From the NCBI GenBank assembly GCA_977017645.1, contig OZ360221.1:175708001-175772000 (forward strand): a stretch of DNA of 64,000 nucleotides, in the 5' to 3' direction. This document shows, piece after piece, positions 23,916 to 37,515 of the stretch (within the stretch, counting starts at the first letter, position 1; each line of letters begins with the position of its first letter). Under the pieces are notes generated by a model. It was not told the origin of the DNA and searched no databases. It saw nothing but the letters and a program-made list of their open reading frames with translations. Source of the DNA: Torpedo marmorata (Eukaryota). The position numbers and the translations under genes are program-made.

Positions 23916-26900
23916 GATAGTCGACAGCTTTCTATTCCCTGGGCTAAACATCTCCAGTCCAGGTCCACCCATCTCAATGCAATGGCCATGAAAGTACACC
24001 AGCACCTCTGCATCCTCAGGCCTAAGGAAATTTAGCGTTATCAGTCTCCCTAAACAACTTTCACAGGCGCACCATTGAAAGCAGCCTATCGGGATGCATC
24101 ACTGTGTGGTTCGGAAATTGCTCCACCCAAGACCGGAAGAAGTTGTTCAGGGTTGTGAATGTGGCTCAGTCCATCATACACAACCCCCTCCCCTCCGTTA
24201 AATCCATCCATAACTTCCACTGCCTTGGAAAAGTGGCCAGTATGTTATAGACTCATCCCACCCCAGCCATACAGTCTTCACCACCTCCTGTGAAGAAGAT
24301 TCACAAGTGTCAGATCACGCACACCAGATTCAAGGACAATTTCTTTCCTGCCATTGTAAGACTCCTGAATGAACCCCTAAGTAGTAAAATTATACAGCAT
24401 CGGCTCCCTACCAACTGATCTCTCTCTCTCTCTGTAGCTCTGTACTTTTGTACTATGTCTTTCTTGTTATACCATGTGTGAGATGTTTACTGGCCTGCTT
24501 GCAAAACCACCTCAATCACTTCATTTTCAATACATACAGTATGACATTTAGTTTGAACTTGGAGTACATGAATAATAAATTGGAAGCTGAATATTCGATT
24601 ACAATGCACGTGGATCAGTATTGTCCCAATTTCATTTGCTTTATGCTGGCCCGCTCAAGGAGAATTGGGTTGAGAGGAAAAATATATCAGTCATAATTTG
24701 AATGGCAGAACAGACTCAATGGGTTGAATGGCCTCATTCTGCTCCTTTTGGTCTAAGTAGGTGCTTCTTTTGTTTTCCTGATGCATAATACAGCATCAAA
24801 GGATGTTTGGGAACAGCAAATATTTTGCATGGCAGCATCCATCTTCTAAGTTGTTCATTAATTGGTCCTGGATAGAACAGTGGAAGGTGCTTTTTTCTAT
24901 TGATTATGTACATGATGGGCAAGCTGCTGGGTACACAAGGCATCATTTCAATTTTGAATCCATCATTTTTCATGAAGCTGTGAATGATACGTTTTGAGAT
25001 ATTTTGACATTTTTGATGCAAATTATTAGTTGACATCCTCTGAAGGATTAGTCTCAATTACATTTATTATGTTGGTTGTCATCGTTGGAAATATTAAGTT
25101 AGTCGTGGATTGTTAATTTACTGTTTCCACTGTCACTTCAGGAAGAAATTATAAATAAAACATAAAGAATACAAGAAGTAGGAGCCACAAAAGGATTCAA
25201 ATTCCAGGAATACCCTTGCATTTTGATTGACCTCAACATCCCATTCCTGTTTCTTCACATGTCACTTGGTTCCTTTCTTTCTCTCCAAACACATCTTGTT
25301 ATCATTTATTCTATTTGCTTTAATGATTTTTCATGGTAACACGATCCAGATGTTGGTTAACCTTGGTGTGAAATAACTGTGCTTGAATTCCTTATTTATG
25401 GCCAACTTTCTTTTGTAAACAATGCCCCAATTTTTTTAACACTCCATCCATGTAATAATTTTTCCGCATTAATTTTTTGTCGTGTTCCTTATGATTTATA
25501 TTGGTCTCTTCACTTCATTTCCCTCTTGTCCCATGAATTACAGCTCAACAACTTCAACTTTTCATCGTAAATTTAATAGTCCCCTTGTTCCATTGACTTT
25601 TACCCTTTTCCTTTTTGGAATTTCAGAAATTTCCGTTATTTTTCAACGGGTGATCAAATTGGTTAAAACCACATGTTTCAGGAATTTCCATTACTTTCAT
25701 TGGGAATTCATGTCATTTGGTTTCCACTTCAGATGGGGAATTCAATTAACTACAAGCATGATCATTCATTCTAATAATAGTTCCTGCTACTCAAAATGGT
25801 GATTTTTTTTTAGCTGTGAGGGATTTCTATTTTTTACTACTTTAAACAGTGGAAAAACTACATTTGCTTTATCCAGCATCAATCTATTAAACATACTCCG
25901 CTGTATATTGTCCAGTATAACAAATGTTAACATTCTAAGACAGTGGTTCTCAACCTTTTTATTCCACTCACATACCACCTTAAGTAATCCTTACTAACTA
26001 CAGAGCACCTATTGCACCCAAGAAGAGTAGTGTGAGCTGCCTCAATGACTACCGCCCAGTAGCACTAACCTCTACTGTGATGAAATGCTTTGAGAGGCTG
26101 GTCATGGCCAGAATTAACACGTACCTAAGCAAAGGTCTGGACCCACTGCAATTCGCCTATCGTCACAATCGCTCCACAGCAGATGCAATATCGCTGGCTC
26201 TCCACTCAGCTCTGGATCACCTCGAAAACAGCAATTCATACATACGGCTGCTCTTCATCGACTACAGCTTGGCCTTCAATACCATTATTCCCTCAGTGCT
26301 GGTCAAGAAGCTTCAAACTCTAGGCCTCTGTACCCCACTCTGCAACTGGATCCTTGACTTTCTCATCGGAAGACCACAGTCAGTACGAATTGGAAACAAT
26401 GTCTCCTCCTCACTGATTATCAACACAGGCGCACCCCAAGGATGCATGCTTAGCCCACTGCTCTACTCGTTATACACCCATAACTGTGTGGCCAGGCACA
26501 ATTCCAATACCATCTACAAGTTTGCCGATGACACCACAGTTGTAGGCAGAATCACAAACAGCAATGAGGAAGCGTACAGGAGGGAGATAGATCAGCTCGT
26601 TGAATGGTGTAACGACAACAACCTTGCGCTCAACATCAGCAAAACCAAGGAGATGGTTGTGGATTTCAGGAGGAAGTCAGGGGAACAAGACCCAGTCCTC
26701 ATCGAAGGCTCAGTAGTGGAGAGGGTCAAGAACTTCAAATTCCTGGGTGTCGGCGATTTAAACTGCTGGTTAGATCCAGTAATGGACCGCTCCTCCACTA
26801 AAACTGCTAAGTTAAGTAATTCAGCACAGACAATTAATTCCTTTTTATTTCAGACTGGTGTAATTGATATATGGAAATATCTGAACCCGACAGATAAGGA

Positions 26901-28026
26901 CTTTTCCTTCCTGTCTAATGTTCATCATTCTTATACCAGAATTGATTATTTTTTGATTGATAAATGTTTAGTGCCTATGGTGGAATATTCAAAATATAAC
27001 ACAATTCTAATTTTGGATCATGCTCCTGTTGAATTGGCTTTGAAGGTCGTGGACATACCAAATTGTACCACACAGTGGCATCTCAACACTTTGGTTTTGA
27101 ATAACCCTGAATTTTTGACTATGATTAAGGAGCATATAGTTACTTTCTTTCAAATTAATTCAGGGAATGGAGTATCGGAATTAATGGTATGGGATGCATT
27201 TAAAGCATATATTAGAGGTCAGATTATTTCTTTTATGGCCAACTTGAAAAAGAAAGCCAATATGGAAAAAGATAGATTGGCGAACCAGATTAAATTAATA
27301 GATCTTCAAATTGCTGGTTCGCAGAATCCACATTTATTTAAACAAAGGATGGAACTGAAGACACAACATGATTTATTATTAACATATCCGATTGAATCAT
27401 ATTTGCTTAAAATTAAGTCAAACTACTATGTACATGGTGAGAAAGTGGGGAAATTACTAGCAAATCAGATTAAACATAATTATGTTAAACAAATGATATC
27501 TGAGATTAGAAAGGAAGATGAGACAAACTCATTAGATTTGGAAGAAATTAATGAAACCTACCACAAGTATTATTCCAAACTTTATAGTTCAGAAGTTACT
27601 TAACCCAATGATGCAATTCATAGGTTCTGAAATGAACTGGATATTCCTTTTCTGCCAATAGAGTTAAGAGAGTCTCTGGAGAAAGCTATAACTTCTGAAG
27701 AGATAGCGGATGCAATTCGTAAGCTACAATCTGGAAAGACACCTGGTCCTGACGGGTTTCCAGATGAATTTTATAAAACCTTTGCAGATTTATTAATTCC
27801 TTATTTAAATACCACTTTAGCTGAAGCGTTCAATAAAGGAAAATTACCTCCAACTTTTTATGAAGCCTATATTTCGTTGATTTTAAAAAAATAAGGACCC
27901 ATTAGACTGTGCCTCATTACGCCCAATGTCTTTACTTAATGTTGATACTAAAATATTATCTAAGATATTGGCACAAAGAATTGAAAAAATTATGCCTTTA
28001 ATTATCTTAGAAGATCAGACAGGTTT

Positions 28027-28337
28027 GACGTTCTATCCTCAAAGACCCCCACCACCCAAGCCATGCCCTCTTCACTCTGCTTCCATCGGGAAAAAGGTAC
28101 AGGAGCCTAAAGACGAGCACTCAACGGCACAAGGACAGCTTCTTCCCGGCTGCCATCAGATTCCTGAATAATCAATGAACCAAAGACACTGCCTTACTTT
28201 TCGTGCACTATTGTTTATAATTTTTTTATAGTAATGTCGTTAGATGGTTAATATGAATGTTAATTGCACTATGATGCTGCCGCAAAACACCGAATTTCAT
28301 GACTTGTTCATGACAATAAATTCTGATTCTGATTCTG
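28027..28337 (+). mobile_element. Rex1 3' fragment inside L1
   Basis: Near-identical to 31930-32235; (attctg)n tail; interrupts the L1 sequence DQTGF/IKGR. Confidence 0.92.
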
Positions 28338-28822
28338 ATTAAAGGAAGACATATACAGTACAACATAAGGAGGTTGTTATATATAGTATATCTCCAGTGC
28401 AGACTCCCTTTGAAAGTGTAATTTCATTAGATACTGAGAAGGCCTTTGATAGGGTGGAGTGGAATTACCTGTTTACGGTTTTGGATAAATTTGATTTTGG
28501 ACCAAAATTTATTAATTGGATTAAGATAATCTATGCTTCACCACTGGCTAGGGTTGTTACGAATTCAATGAAATCATTGCCTTTTAAATTATCCTGAGGG
28601 ATGAGACAGGGATGTCCACTAAGCCCATTAGTATTTGACATTGCTTTGGAACCGTTAGCATTGGCAGTTAAACAATCAGAAAATATTACAGGTATTGTAA
28701 GAGAGGGAACGGAAAATAAAGTATCATTATATGCAGATGATCTGCTGCTGTTTGTTTCAGATCCTAAAAATTCTGTTCCAGTGATTTTACAATTACTGGA
28801 TAGATTTGGAAGTTTATCTGGA

Positions 28823-29670
28823 CAGGTTGGGGGAGTGGGCTGAAGAATGGAAGATGAAGTTCAATGTGAGCAAATGTGAGGTTATCCATTTTGGGGGCAG
28901 TAATAGGAAAGCTGAGTATTATTTAAATGGAGACAAGCTTGGGAGTGGGGAAGTGCAAATGGATCTGGGTGTACTTGTTCACCGGTCACTGAAGGCTAAT
29001 ATGCAGGTTCAGAAAGCTGTGAAGAAGGCAAATGGCATGTTGGCTTTCATAAAGAAGGGATTGGAGTATAGGAGCAGAGACGCCCTTCTGCAGTTGTACA
29101 GGGCCCTGGTGAGACCCCACCTGGAGTATTGCGTCCAGTTCTGGTCTCCAAATTTGAGGAAGGACATACTAGCTATAGAGGGTGTGCAGCACAGATTTAC
29201 AAGGTTAGTTCCAGGGATGGCAGGGTTGACATATGCTGAAAGGTTAGAAAAACTGGACTTATATCCGATGGAGTTTAGAAGGATGAGGGGGGACATGATT
29301 GAGGTATACAAAATTATCAAGGGGATAGACAGGGTGAAGTCAGATTACTTGTTCCCAATGATGGGAGAGACGAGGACTAGAGGGCATAGTTTAAGAATAC
29401 AGGGAAGGCCCTTTAGGATGGAGATGAGGAAACATTTTTTACCCAGAGAAGTGTGAATCTGGAATGCTCTGCCACAGAGGGTGGTAGAGGCAGATTCGCT
29501 GATTATGTTCAAAAGAGAGTTTGATAAGACTTTAGTCGGCGTTGGAGTTAAGGGTTATGGGGATAAGGCTGGAAAGGGGTACTGATAGTAGTGATCAGCC
29601 ATGATCTGTAAAATGGCGGTGCTGGCTCGACGGGCCGAAGGGCCTACTCCAGCTCCTATTGTCTATTGTC
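28823..29670 (+). mobile_element. CR1 3' fragment inside L1
   Basis: ORF 28806-29456 is the CR1 ORF2 C-terminus; (ctattgt)n tail; interrupts the L1 sequence SG/YKLN with microhomology and no TSD. Confidence 0.93.
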
Positions 29671-32639
29671 TATAAATTGAATTTAGGTAAAAGCGAATTA
29701 ATGGTGATAAAATCAGCTCATGTAGTACCATTTCAAGTTCCTTTTAAGGTAGTTAAAAAATATTTAATATATCTTGGGGTTAACATTACAGTGAAATTTG
29801 ATCCCCTATATAAAGAGAATTTTCTTCCTCTATTGAATAAAGTTAAAAATTTAACTAAAGGGTGGTCTCCGTTAATTATGTCATTAATTGGTCGTATAAA
29901 CATTATAAAAATGAATATTTTACCTAAATTTTTGTATGTATTCCAAGCACTTCCAGTGTTTCTCCCTAAAGTATTTTTTGATCAAATAGACTCTTTAATT
30001 TTGTCTTTTATTTGGAATGGTGAAAGACTAAGAGTAAGGAAGGAAATACTACAAAATGACAAACCACAGGTTGGTTTTGCTTTACCTAATTTCAGGAATT
30101 ATTATTGGGCTGCTAACATTAGATTTATTAATATTTGGATACATTTTAAGAATTATAAAGAAAGATTTAAATGGAAGAAATCAGAAATGAAGGTTATAGG
30201 TAAACATTCGTTAGTATCTATATTAGGAATGTCTTCATCCTTTAAATATTCCAAAATTTCTAATAACAAGATAGTTAAACAAACGTTAAAAATATGGTTC
30301 CAATTCAGAAAAACAAATAATTTCCTTAATTTCTTGCTTGATAGTACAATAAATTTCAATCCCATTTTTATCCCAACTAGTGGGGATAGAGGGTTCCAGA
30401 TTTGGCAAGATCACGGTCTATGTTCATTTAAAAACTTGTTTATAGATTCTAATTTTATTACTTTTGAACAGTTGGTTAATAAGTATAACTTATCTAGAAA
30501 TAATTATTTTAGTTACTTTCAAGTTAGGAATTTTATAAATTCCTTGAGATTGGAGTTTCCTTTAGATTTAAAGTTAGTAATCAGAGAAAAGGTTTTTACT
30601 ATCACTCCTGATATACCAAAACCATTGTCAGTATTTTATAACCTTTTAAAAGAAAATGTGATACAGCATGTGGATAAAATAAAGGAGGCTTGGGAAAGAG
30701 ATTTTTTAGAAGTTTTTTCACCTTCAGTATGGTCCAATATTTTGGACCGTATCCATACCTCTTCATTATGTGCAAGACATAATTTAATTCAATTCAAAGT
30801 AGTTCACAGAGCTCATTACTCGAAATCTTTACTGGCTAAATTTTCATCAAATATATCATCTATGTGTAATAGATGTAATGTTCATGAAGGTACGTTATTT
30901 CACATGTTTTGGTTGTGCCCTAAGTTAGTTAGATTTTGGAACAAAATTTTTTGTACTCTTTGTTTGGTTTTAGCTACTCAATTAGATCCAAATCCATTTA
31001 TAGCAATATTTGGTATAAATGATCCTAGTAATCATGATCTTACTAATAATCAAAAACATGTGATTGCTTTTTCTTCTCTGGTTGCAAGGCAACAGATCTT
31101 GCTAAAATGGAAGGATGGTAATCCTCCTATATATGAAGATTGGCTATCAAGTTTAATGTCCTATTTAACATTAGAAAATATTAGATTTTAAAATATTCAA
31201 TTAAACGTAAAATTTACTAATATTTGGGGTTCCTTTATTGACTATTATCAGAGTTTATGATGCCTCATGATTTGAAGTTATATTATTTCTACAGGTCAGT
31301 GCAATTCTGGGGTGGGGGTAGGTGGTGGGCTAGTTTAGATTGCTTTAGCTTTTATAAAAAATGTATTATGATGAAATTACTATATTATCTTTTTTGTGGT
31401 TTGATTCTTTTTATACCTATTGGTATTATAATACTAAATTGTAAAGAAAAATAATTGATATATATCTGTAATATATACTCTGTTATGGATGGATTAATGG
31501 AACATGTGATAATGCTTTTCTTTGCTTTTTTTTCTGTAAACGTATATAGTGAATGAACTGTTATATCCATGATTTTATGGAATTAATAAAGAGATTTAAT
31601 AAAGAAAAACAAATTCCTGGGTGTGAACATCTCTGATGATCTGTCCTGGAGCATCCACGTTGATGCAATCACAAAGAAGGCTCGCCAGCGGCTATACTTT
31701 GTGAGGTGTCTGAGGAGATTCGGTATGTCACCGAAGACTCTCGTAAACTTCTACAGGTATACTGTGGAGAGCATTCTGGCTGGTTGCATCACTGCCTGGT
31801 ATGGAGGCGCCAACTCTCAGGACAAGAATAAACTCCAGAGGGTTGTTAACTCGGCCTGTGACATCACAGGCACCAGACTTCACTCCATCGAGGACATCTA
31901 CATGAGGCGGTGTCTTAAAAAAGCAGCCTCTGTCCTCAAAGACCCCCACTACCCTGGCCATGCCCTCTTCACTCTGCTACCATCGGGAAAAAGGTACAGG
32001 AGCCTAAAGACAAGCACTCAACGGCACAAGGACAGCTTCTTCCCTGCTGCCATCAGATTCCTGAATAATCAATGAACCAAAGACACTGCCTTACTTTTCG
32101 TGCACTATTATTTATGTTTTTTTTATAGTAATGTCGTAAGATGGTAATAATATGAAAGTTTGCACTATGATGCTGCCGCAAAACACCGAATTTCATGACT
32201 TGTTCAAGAAAGTAAATTCTGATTCTGATTCTGACTTAAAGTGGTATGTGATTTCTATTTTGTACTACTTTAAACAGTGGAAAAACTACATTTGCTTTAC
32301 CCAGAATCAATCTATTAAAACATACTCCACTGTATATTGTCCAGTATAACAAATGTTAACACTCAAAGACAGTGGTTCTCAACCTTTTTATTCCAGTGAC
32401 ATACCACCTTAAGTAATCCCTTACTAATCACAGAACACCTATGGCATTCTATGGCATTGGTGCTCTGTGGTAAGTAAGGGATTACTTCAAGTGGAATGTG
32501 AGTGGGAAAAAAAGTTTGAGAACCACTGTTCTAAGAACATTAGGTTTCATACTTGTTCTTCTGTGACAGCCTGCCATTTTGTAGCAATGTATGTATTTTT
32601 TAAACTAATTTGGTACACAAATCTATCTTGCAAGTTGTA

Positions 32640-33175
32640 AATGTGTTTGAAGTAGTTAAGATGATATTTATTTGACTGATGCCTGGAATGGGTGGATTGT
32701 CTCCTGAACAAAAGGCTGAAAGGGCAAAATTTGCATCCATTGGAGAAGAGTGCAGGGGGGCTTGATGAAAATACACTGTGAATGTGGAGAGAATATTTCC
32801 TCATGGAGGAAAATTCCCAAGCCATGAGTCATTCCTTGAGAATAAGAGGTTATCCACTGCAGACAAATTAAATAAAATGCTTTTCTGAGGGTTGTAACTC
32901 TTGGAGCTCTCTTTCACAATGGTCAGTGGAAGCAGAGCCTGATAATGTTCTTTATAAGTCAGGGGAATGAAAGGTGAGCCACATGCATTTGAGGATCATG
33001 AGGACAGGATGGATAGATTTTTTAAAAAAAAGAACAAGATTTCCAAAAAATAAGGTTACCGTATGTTACTAAATTCAGAGATGGGGATGTGGAGTTCGGT
33101 TCAACCATGCTTTTATTGAATTGCAGAGCAGGCTTAAGAGCCCATGTGCCCTACACCTGCTTCTGATGTACATGC
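32640..33175 (+). mobile_element. Old CR1 3' remnant
   Basis: Degenerate gagggttgt..ct.tgga..ctct...agtggaagcag and aaccatg..ttattgaat..cagagcaggct motifs. Confidence 0.55.
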
Positions 33176-33297
33176 ACAGGATCATCTTGGTGTTCAATTA
33201 AGTTATTGCTTTAAAACAAGCTAACTCATCACAATGAATGTTGTACCAAGGGGCTGCTGTTGGCCCTAAAATATCTGAACTGTGCTTCTTGTTTCAG

Positions 33298-33420
33298 CTG
33301 ATGGACGTGGGTTGGCCTGATCTCCATGCACCACCTCTGGATAAGATGTGCACCATATGCAAAGCAATGGAGACATGGCTAAACAATGATCCACTTCATG
33401 TGGTGGTTATTCATTGCAGA
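33298..33420 (+). CDS. TNS3: Tensin-3 exon: [41 protein letters not shown]
   Basis: cttcttgtttcag|CTG acceptor and AGA|gtaagt donor; 123 nt, phase 0-0; contains the WPD loop and P-loop HC. Confidence 0.96.
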
Positions 33421-34486
33421 GTAAGTATTATCCCTGCTGTTATTATGTTTTTGTTTTGCCTAATTAACATGTAGTTATTTTGAGAACAGGCAATTTGTTA
33501 AATTTGGTCATTTACCCACCTTTCAATGCTTTCTAAATAGATGTTTTCTATATTGCAACAAAAATAACGTACTCTTTTTTTGTTAAGTCGACAATATCAT
33601 TCAGGCCATAAAAATGAATGCCTTGAAAAAGGAGCAAACAGCTCTCCATATTACAGGTGTAATTGTCAGCTGGAAAAAGTTTTGTGGGAGAACAAATTTT
33701 CCTTTTCAAATGTTTATTGTTGTTTCTCATTAATTTGGTCCAAGGTCAAACAGAGCATACTTGAATGCAGAATAAAATTGTCTTTGTATTTTATGATTCA
33801 GGAAATACGTTTAGCAACCTCAGAAAACACTGCCGTCCTTGCATCTCATTAGGCAGTAATTTAGTAAGACAGTAATTTACTGTCAAATTGTCAATAGGAT
33901 TATGGTCAAGACATGGAGCTAAACAAACTGATTTGTAATTAAAAATCTAATTTCCTGTTCAACCTTTACACATGCCAGAGAAGAAGGTTAATTCAGCAGT
34001 TTTTGGTGCCCTTGAATATAGTTCTCATGCAGGAAATAACAATTATCTTCACAAAAAGACTCGAGTAGCCGTCATCCCAATTTAAAATAAGGAATTTGCA
34101 AATATTCAGATTATGGAAATAATTTAATAATTTGCTCTTTTTCCAGAAGCTTTTCAAGTTTGACTCCTCACTCATCTCAGTTTTGGTGGCAGAGAGAGGG
34201 CCTGTGAAGAGTGGTGTTGTGAAGATTACTTTGAATAATTTTTGGTGTCATCAGGCAAAGGAAGAAATGTGGAGAAGCTGGAGGAACTCTGCGGGCCAGG
34301 CAGTGTGATCAAGTCTCGAAGAAGGGACCCGACTGACTGTTTCTAACCTTGGATGCTGCCTGACCTACTGAGTCACTCCAGCTTCTCTTTGTTAACAGAT
34401 TCCAGAATCAGTAATTTCTGTGTTTCTCAAAGGAAAAATCGTGCTGACTGGGTCAATACTGCCAGAAAGTACATCTTTGTGGAGAT

Positions 34487-36815
34487 TGGTTAGCACAGTG
34501 GTCATGACTAGACAAGATCCAGAGGCCTGAGTTATTGATAGAATTACATTCAGATTGAAGAAATTAAATCCAATAAAACAAGACTAGTTATTGGTAATGG
34601 TCGTCATGAAAGTACTGGATTGTTCTTTCTTTCTTTTTCAATCTTTTTATTAATCATATTATAGGTAAACAATACATGAGGAGAGTAAGAGTACATAATC
34701 AAGAAGAAGAAAAAATATATATGACATCATATGATATAACATATTGCATTACACCACAATTAACAAATATGTTCTCAACTCCTCAAACTGAAATCTTCCC
34801 AAAAAAAAGGGAATTTTAAAAAAATTATATAAAACCCCACATAATCTATAAAAAAAAAACTAAAACAAAAAAAATGACTGGGCAGCCTATCCTGAGAATT
34901 TATTAATAAAATTAATTGTCTGGTCTTCACCAACCAAGAGAAAGAAAATAAATTTAAATATAGTCCGGAAGGGAAAGTAATTATACTAATTAGGTCGTGG
35001 AAATAATTTACAAAAGGTCGTCAAGTCTCTTCAAATTTAACAGAAGTATCAAATGTACGACTCCTAACTTTCTCTAAACCTAAACATGACATAATTGGAG
35101 AGAACCATTGAGTCAAAGTAGGTGGATTAGAATCTTTCCATTTAAATAAAATAGCTCTTCTAGCTAACAATGTAGAAAAGGCTACACCCGATGTGTGGAA
35201 GTTGGAACTCGTCCCACTTCAGAAGCTATAATTCCAAAAAGAGCAGTCAATGGGTTAGGTTGCAAAATAATATCCAGTATAGCTGACAAAGTCGTAAAAA
35301 TGTCTATCCAATACCTCTCCAACAGGGGGCATGACCAAAACATATGAGTTAGAGAAGCCACTTCTGATTTACATCTATCACAAATAGGAGTAACATTGGA
35401 AAAAAATACGGGCCAATATGTCTTTCGACATATGAGCCCGATGTACCACTTTAAACTGAATCAAAGAATGTCAAGCACATATTGAAAAGGTATTAACCAA
35501 TCCAAAAATCTTCTCCAATGATTCCTCTGGAAGATGTAACTGAAGTTCCTCTTCACAGGCCCTTTTAATTTTGTCATTAGAATTTGATTGCAATCTTAAT
35601 AACTTATTATAAATATTATGTATTAAACCCCTCTGAGAAGGATTCAAATGAAAAAAAGTATCAATCAAATCCGGTTGGTACAATGTTAGGAAGTTAGGCA
35701 GTAAAGTATTCAGAAAATTTCTAATTTGGAAGTATCTAAAAAAATGTGACTTAGGCATATTATATTTATTGGATAATTGTTCAAAAGACATTAAGCTACC
35801 AACTATAAACAAATCTGAAAAAGAGACAATTCCTTTAATCTTCCAAAGAGAGAAGGCTTGATCAATTATAGATGGTTGAAAAAAATAATTAAGAGAAATG
35901 GTACTAGATAAATAATTTTTTTAAATAATAATAAAAACTGGAACTGCTTGAAATAAATACAACAATTTAGGTAAGATTATCATCTTAATAGCATTAATAC
36001 GACCTATTAAAGATAAAGCCAATGGAGACCATTTAGAAAGAGATTGTTTCACATAGTCTATCAAAGGAAGAAAGTTAAATTTATATAGATCTTTAAATGT
36101 TTTGGTAACTTTAACCCCAAGATAGGTAAAATGATCTTTAACCACTCTAAAAGGTATGTGATTATAAACAGGTACATGCATGTTTATTGGGAATAACTCG
36201 CTCTTATAAAGATTCAATTTATATCCAGAGAAACTACCAAATTGGGAAAGCAAAGACATCATTGGAGGAATAGATTTCTCAGGATCTGAAATATATACTA
36301 AAAGATCATCTGCATATAAAGATACTTTGTGAATTCCATCTCCTCTATTAATTCCCTGAATATCACTAAAATCCTGAAGTGCTATTGCTAGGGGTTCCAA
36401 AGCCTAATTAAATAATAAAGGGCTAAGAGGACAACCCTGTCTAGTTCCTCGAAATAACCTAAAAAGTGAAGATTTTTGATTATTCGTAATTACAGCAGCA
36501 GCTGGAGCTTGATAAATCAAGTTAATCCAAGAGATAAAACCAGGGCTGAAATTAAATCTTTTCAAAACTTCAAACAAATATTTCCATTCCTCTCTATCAA
36601 AAGCCTTTAGTACTGGATTGTTGTAAAAGCCCATGTGGTTGTCTAACATTCTCCAGGGAATGTAATCGGCTAGCCGAGCAAGTCCCACTGTAATCTGGTT
36701 CACTCTTTCACTGACCTCTGAATTGCGATCACGCCACTTGGTTTGGGGACAATTAGAGACAGACAATACAGATTGTCTGTCCTACACCACCACATCCTAC
36801 AAATGAATTTAAAAA
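34487..36815 (+). mobile_element. Degenerate tRNA-like SINE split by an L1
   Basis: agcacagtggt..gactag...atccagaggcc...catgaaa.tac.ggattgttgtaaaa.ccca..tggtt...ctctgaa...ggg.caattag...acatcc..aaatgaat-aaaa rejoins across the L1. Confidence 0.55.
34625..36608 (-). mobile_element. L1/Tx1-type LINE, 5'-truncated at KAFDR
   Basis: 14-bp TSD agtactggattgtt (34611-34624, 36609-36622); RQGCPLSP, LYADD and YLG motifs; T-rich tail at 34625. Confidence 0.95.
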
Positions 36816-37299
36816 ACATGGCATGATTGAATGCTGGAACTCAGTGAGCATAGCTGAGGTTGCAACAATTTAGCAGCTGTTTCCTGATGTGAATCACCAT
36901 TGAAGAGGGCAAAACCTTCAAAAATCACGTGTTTTATTTTTGGCTCCAATGAGCCGAGTACATTTGAAGATTATGTATTCAGGATGTATAGATTTGTTTT
37001 AGAATCCTTCATAAGATTTTCAAAATAGATAATGTTACTAAATCTGATATTGAAGAAATGTTAATAAGTATCATTTGTGCTGAAAGGTTTTACACCTTTT
37101 GACTTTTGCTCTTGTTAATTTGGCCGTTTTTCTGTGGCTTCACTGTTTTTAGAAGGCATCAGATGTTGTTTCCCAGTATAGCTGGGTGCTGCAGTCATTT
37201 GATATTTTTGGAACCAGTAGCAGAGGGTCAGTGTGACCACACATTGGTTATGTTTTGCTAAAGTAGCTATTTCTGGTGGCACGCTATCCGCCCGTTGCT

Positions 37300-37515
37300 A
37301 CTCCTGATGAAGAGCTTTCAGCCAAAAACATCGACTGTCTCTTGCTTTCCATGGATGCTGCCTGACCACGGAGTTATTCCAGAACTCTGTGTGTTGCTCT
37401 AGTTTTCCAGCGACCGTAGAGTTCTTGTTTCTCTCCAAAACGTTGACTGTCAGTTTCTCTCCATGGTAGCTGGGTCCCTCCAGCTTCTCATTGTTTGCTC
37501 AAGATTTCAGCATCT
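37300..37515. repeat. Penelope-derived repeats with a degenerate hammerhead-like core
   Basis: CTGATGA (37304-37310) agagctttcagcc aaaaacatcgactg, followed by ggatgctgcctgacc..gagtt..tccag. Confidence 0.55.

Larger units (their letters stand above)
16150..24561 (+). mobile_element. Decayed Rex1/Babar LINE split by a CR1 (16852-23212) and a SINE (23697-23915)
   Basis: LPDELNAF and DYRPVAQTSTIMKYFKRL lie before the CR1. [19 protein letters not shown] and the C-terminal region follow it. Short repeat aaaca at both CR1 junctions (16847-16851, 23213-23217). Confidence 0.85.
26751..31609 (+). mobile_element. L1/Tx1-type LINE, truncated within the endonuclease, with nested Rex1 and CR1
   Basis: 15-bp TSD caaattcctgggtgt (26736-26750, 31610-31624); GDLN, YTRIDY, DHAP, PGPDGF, RQGCPLSP, LYADD and CNRC..H..W.C motifs; AATAAA and A-rich tail. 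Confidence 0.95.
26013..32235 (+). mobile_element. Rex1/Babar LINE (RT to 3' end), well preserved, split by an L1
   Basis: [32 protein letters not shown] and KFLGV (26032-26750) resume as NISDDLSW...LPSGKRYRS (31625-32075); (ttctga)n tail. Confidence 0.95.
25941..32528. mobile_element. hAT (Charlie-like) MITE, partly duplicated and split by a Rex1/L1/CR1 stack
   Basis: TIR CAGTGGTTCTCAA at 25941 and 32370, TTGAGAACCACTG ending at 32528; 8-bp TSD ttctaaga (25933-25940, 32529-32536). Confidence 0.8.

Noticed and set aside
29659-31191. 510-aa ORF as a host or domesticated gene
   Set aside because: It is the C-terminal half of L1 ORF2 inside a TSD-flanked copy whose upstream part has stops and insertions; its start is created by the CR1 tail.
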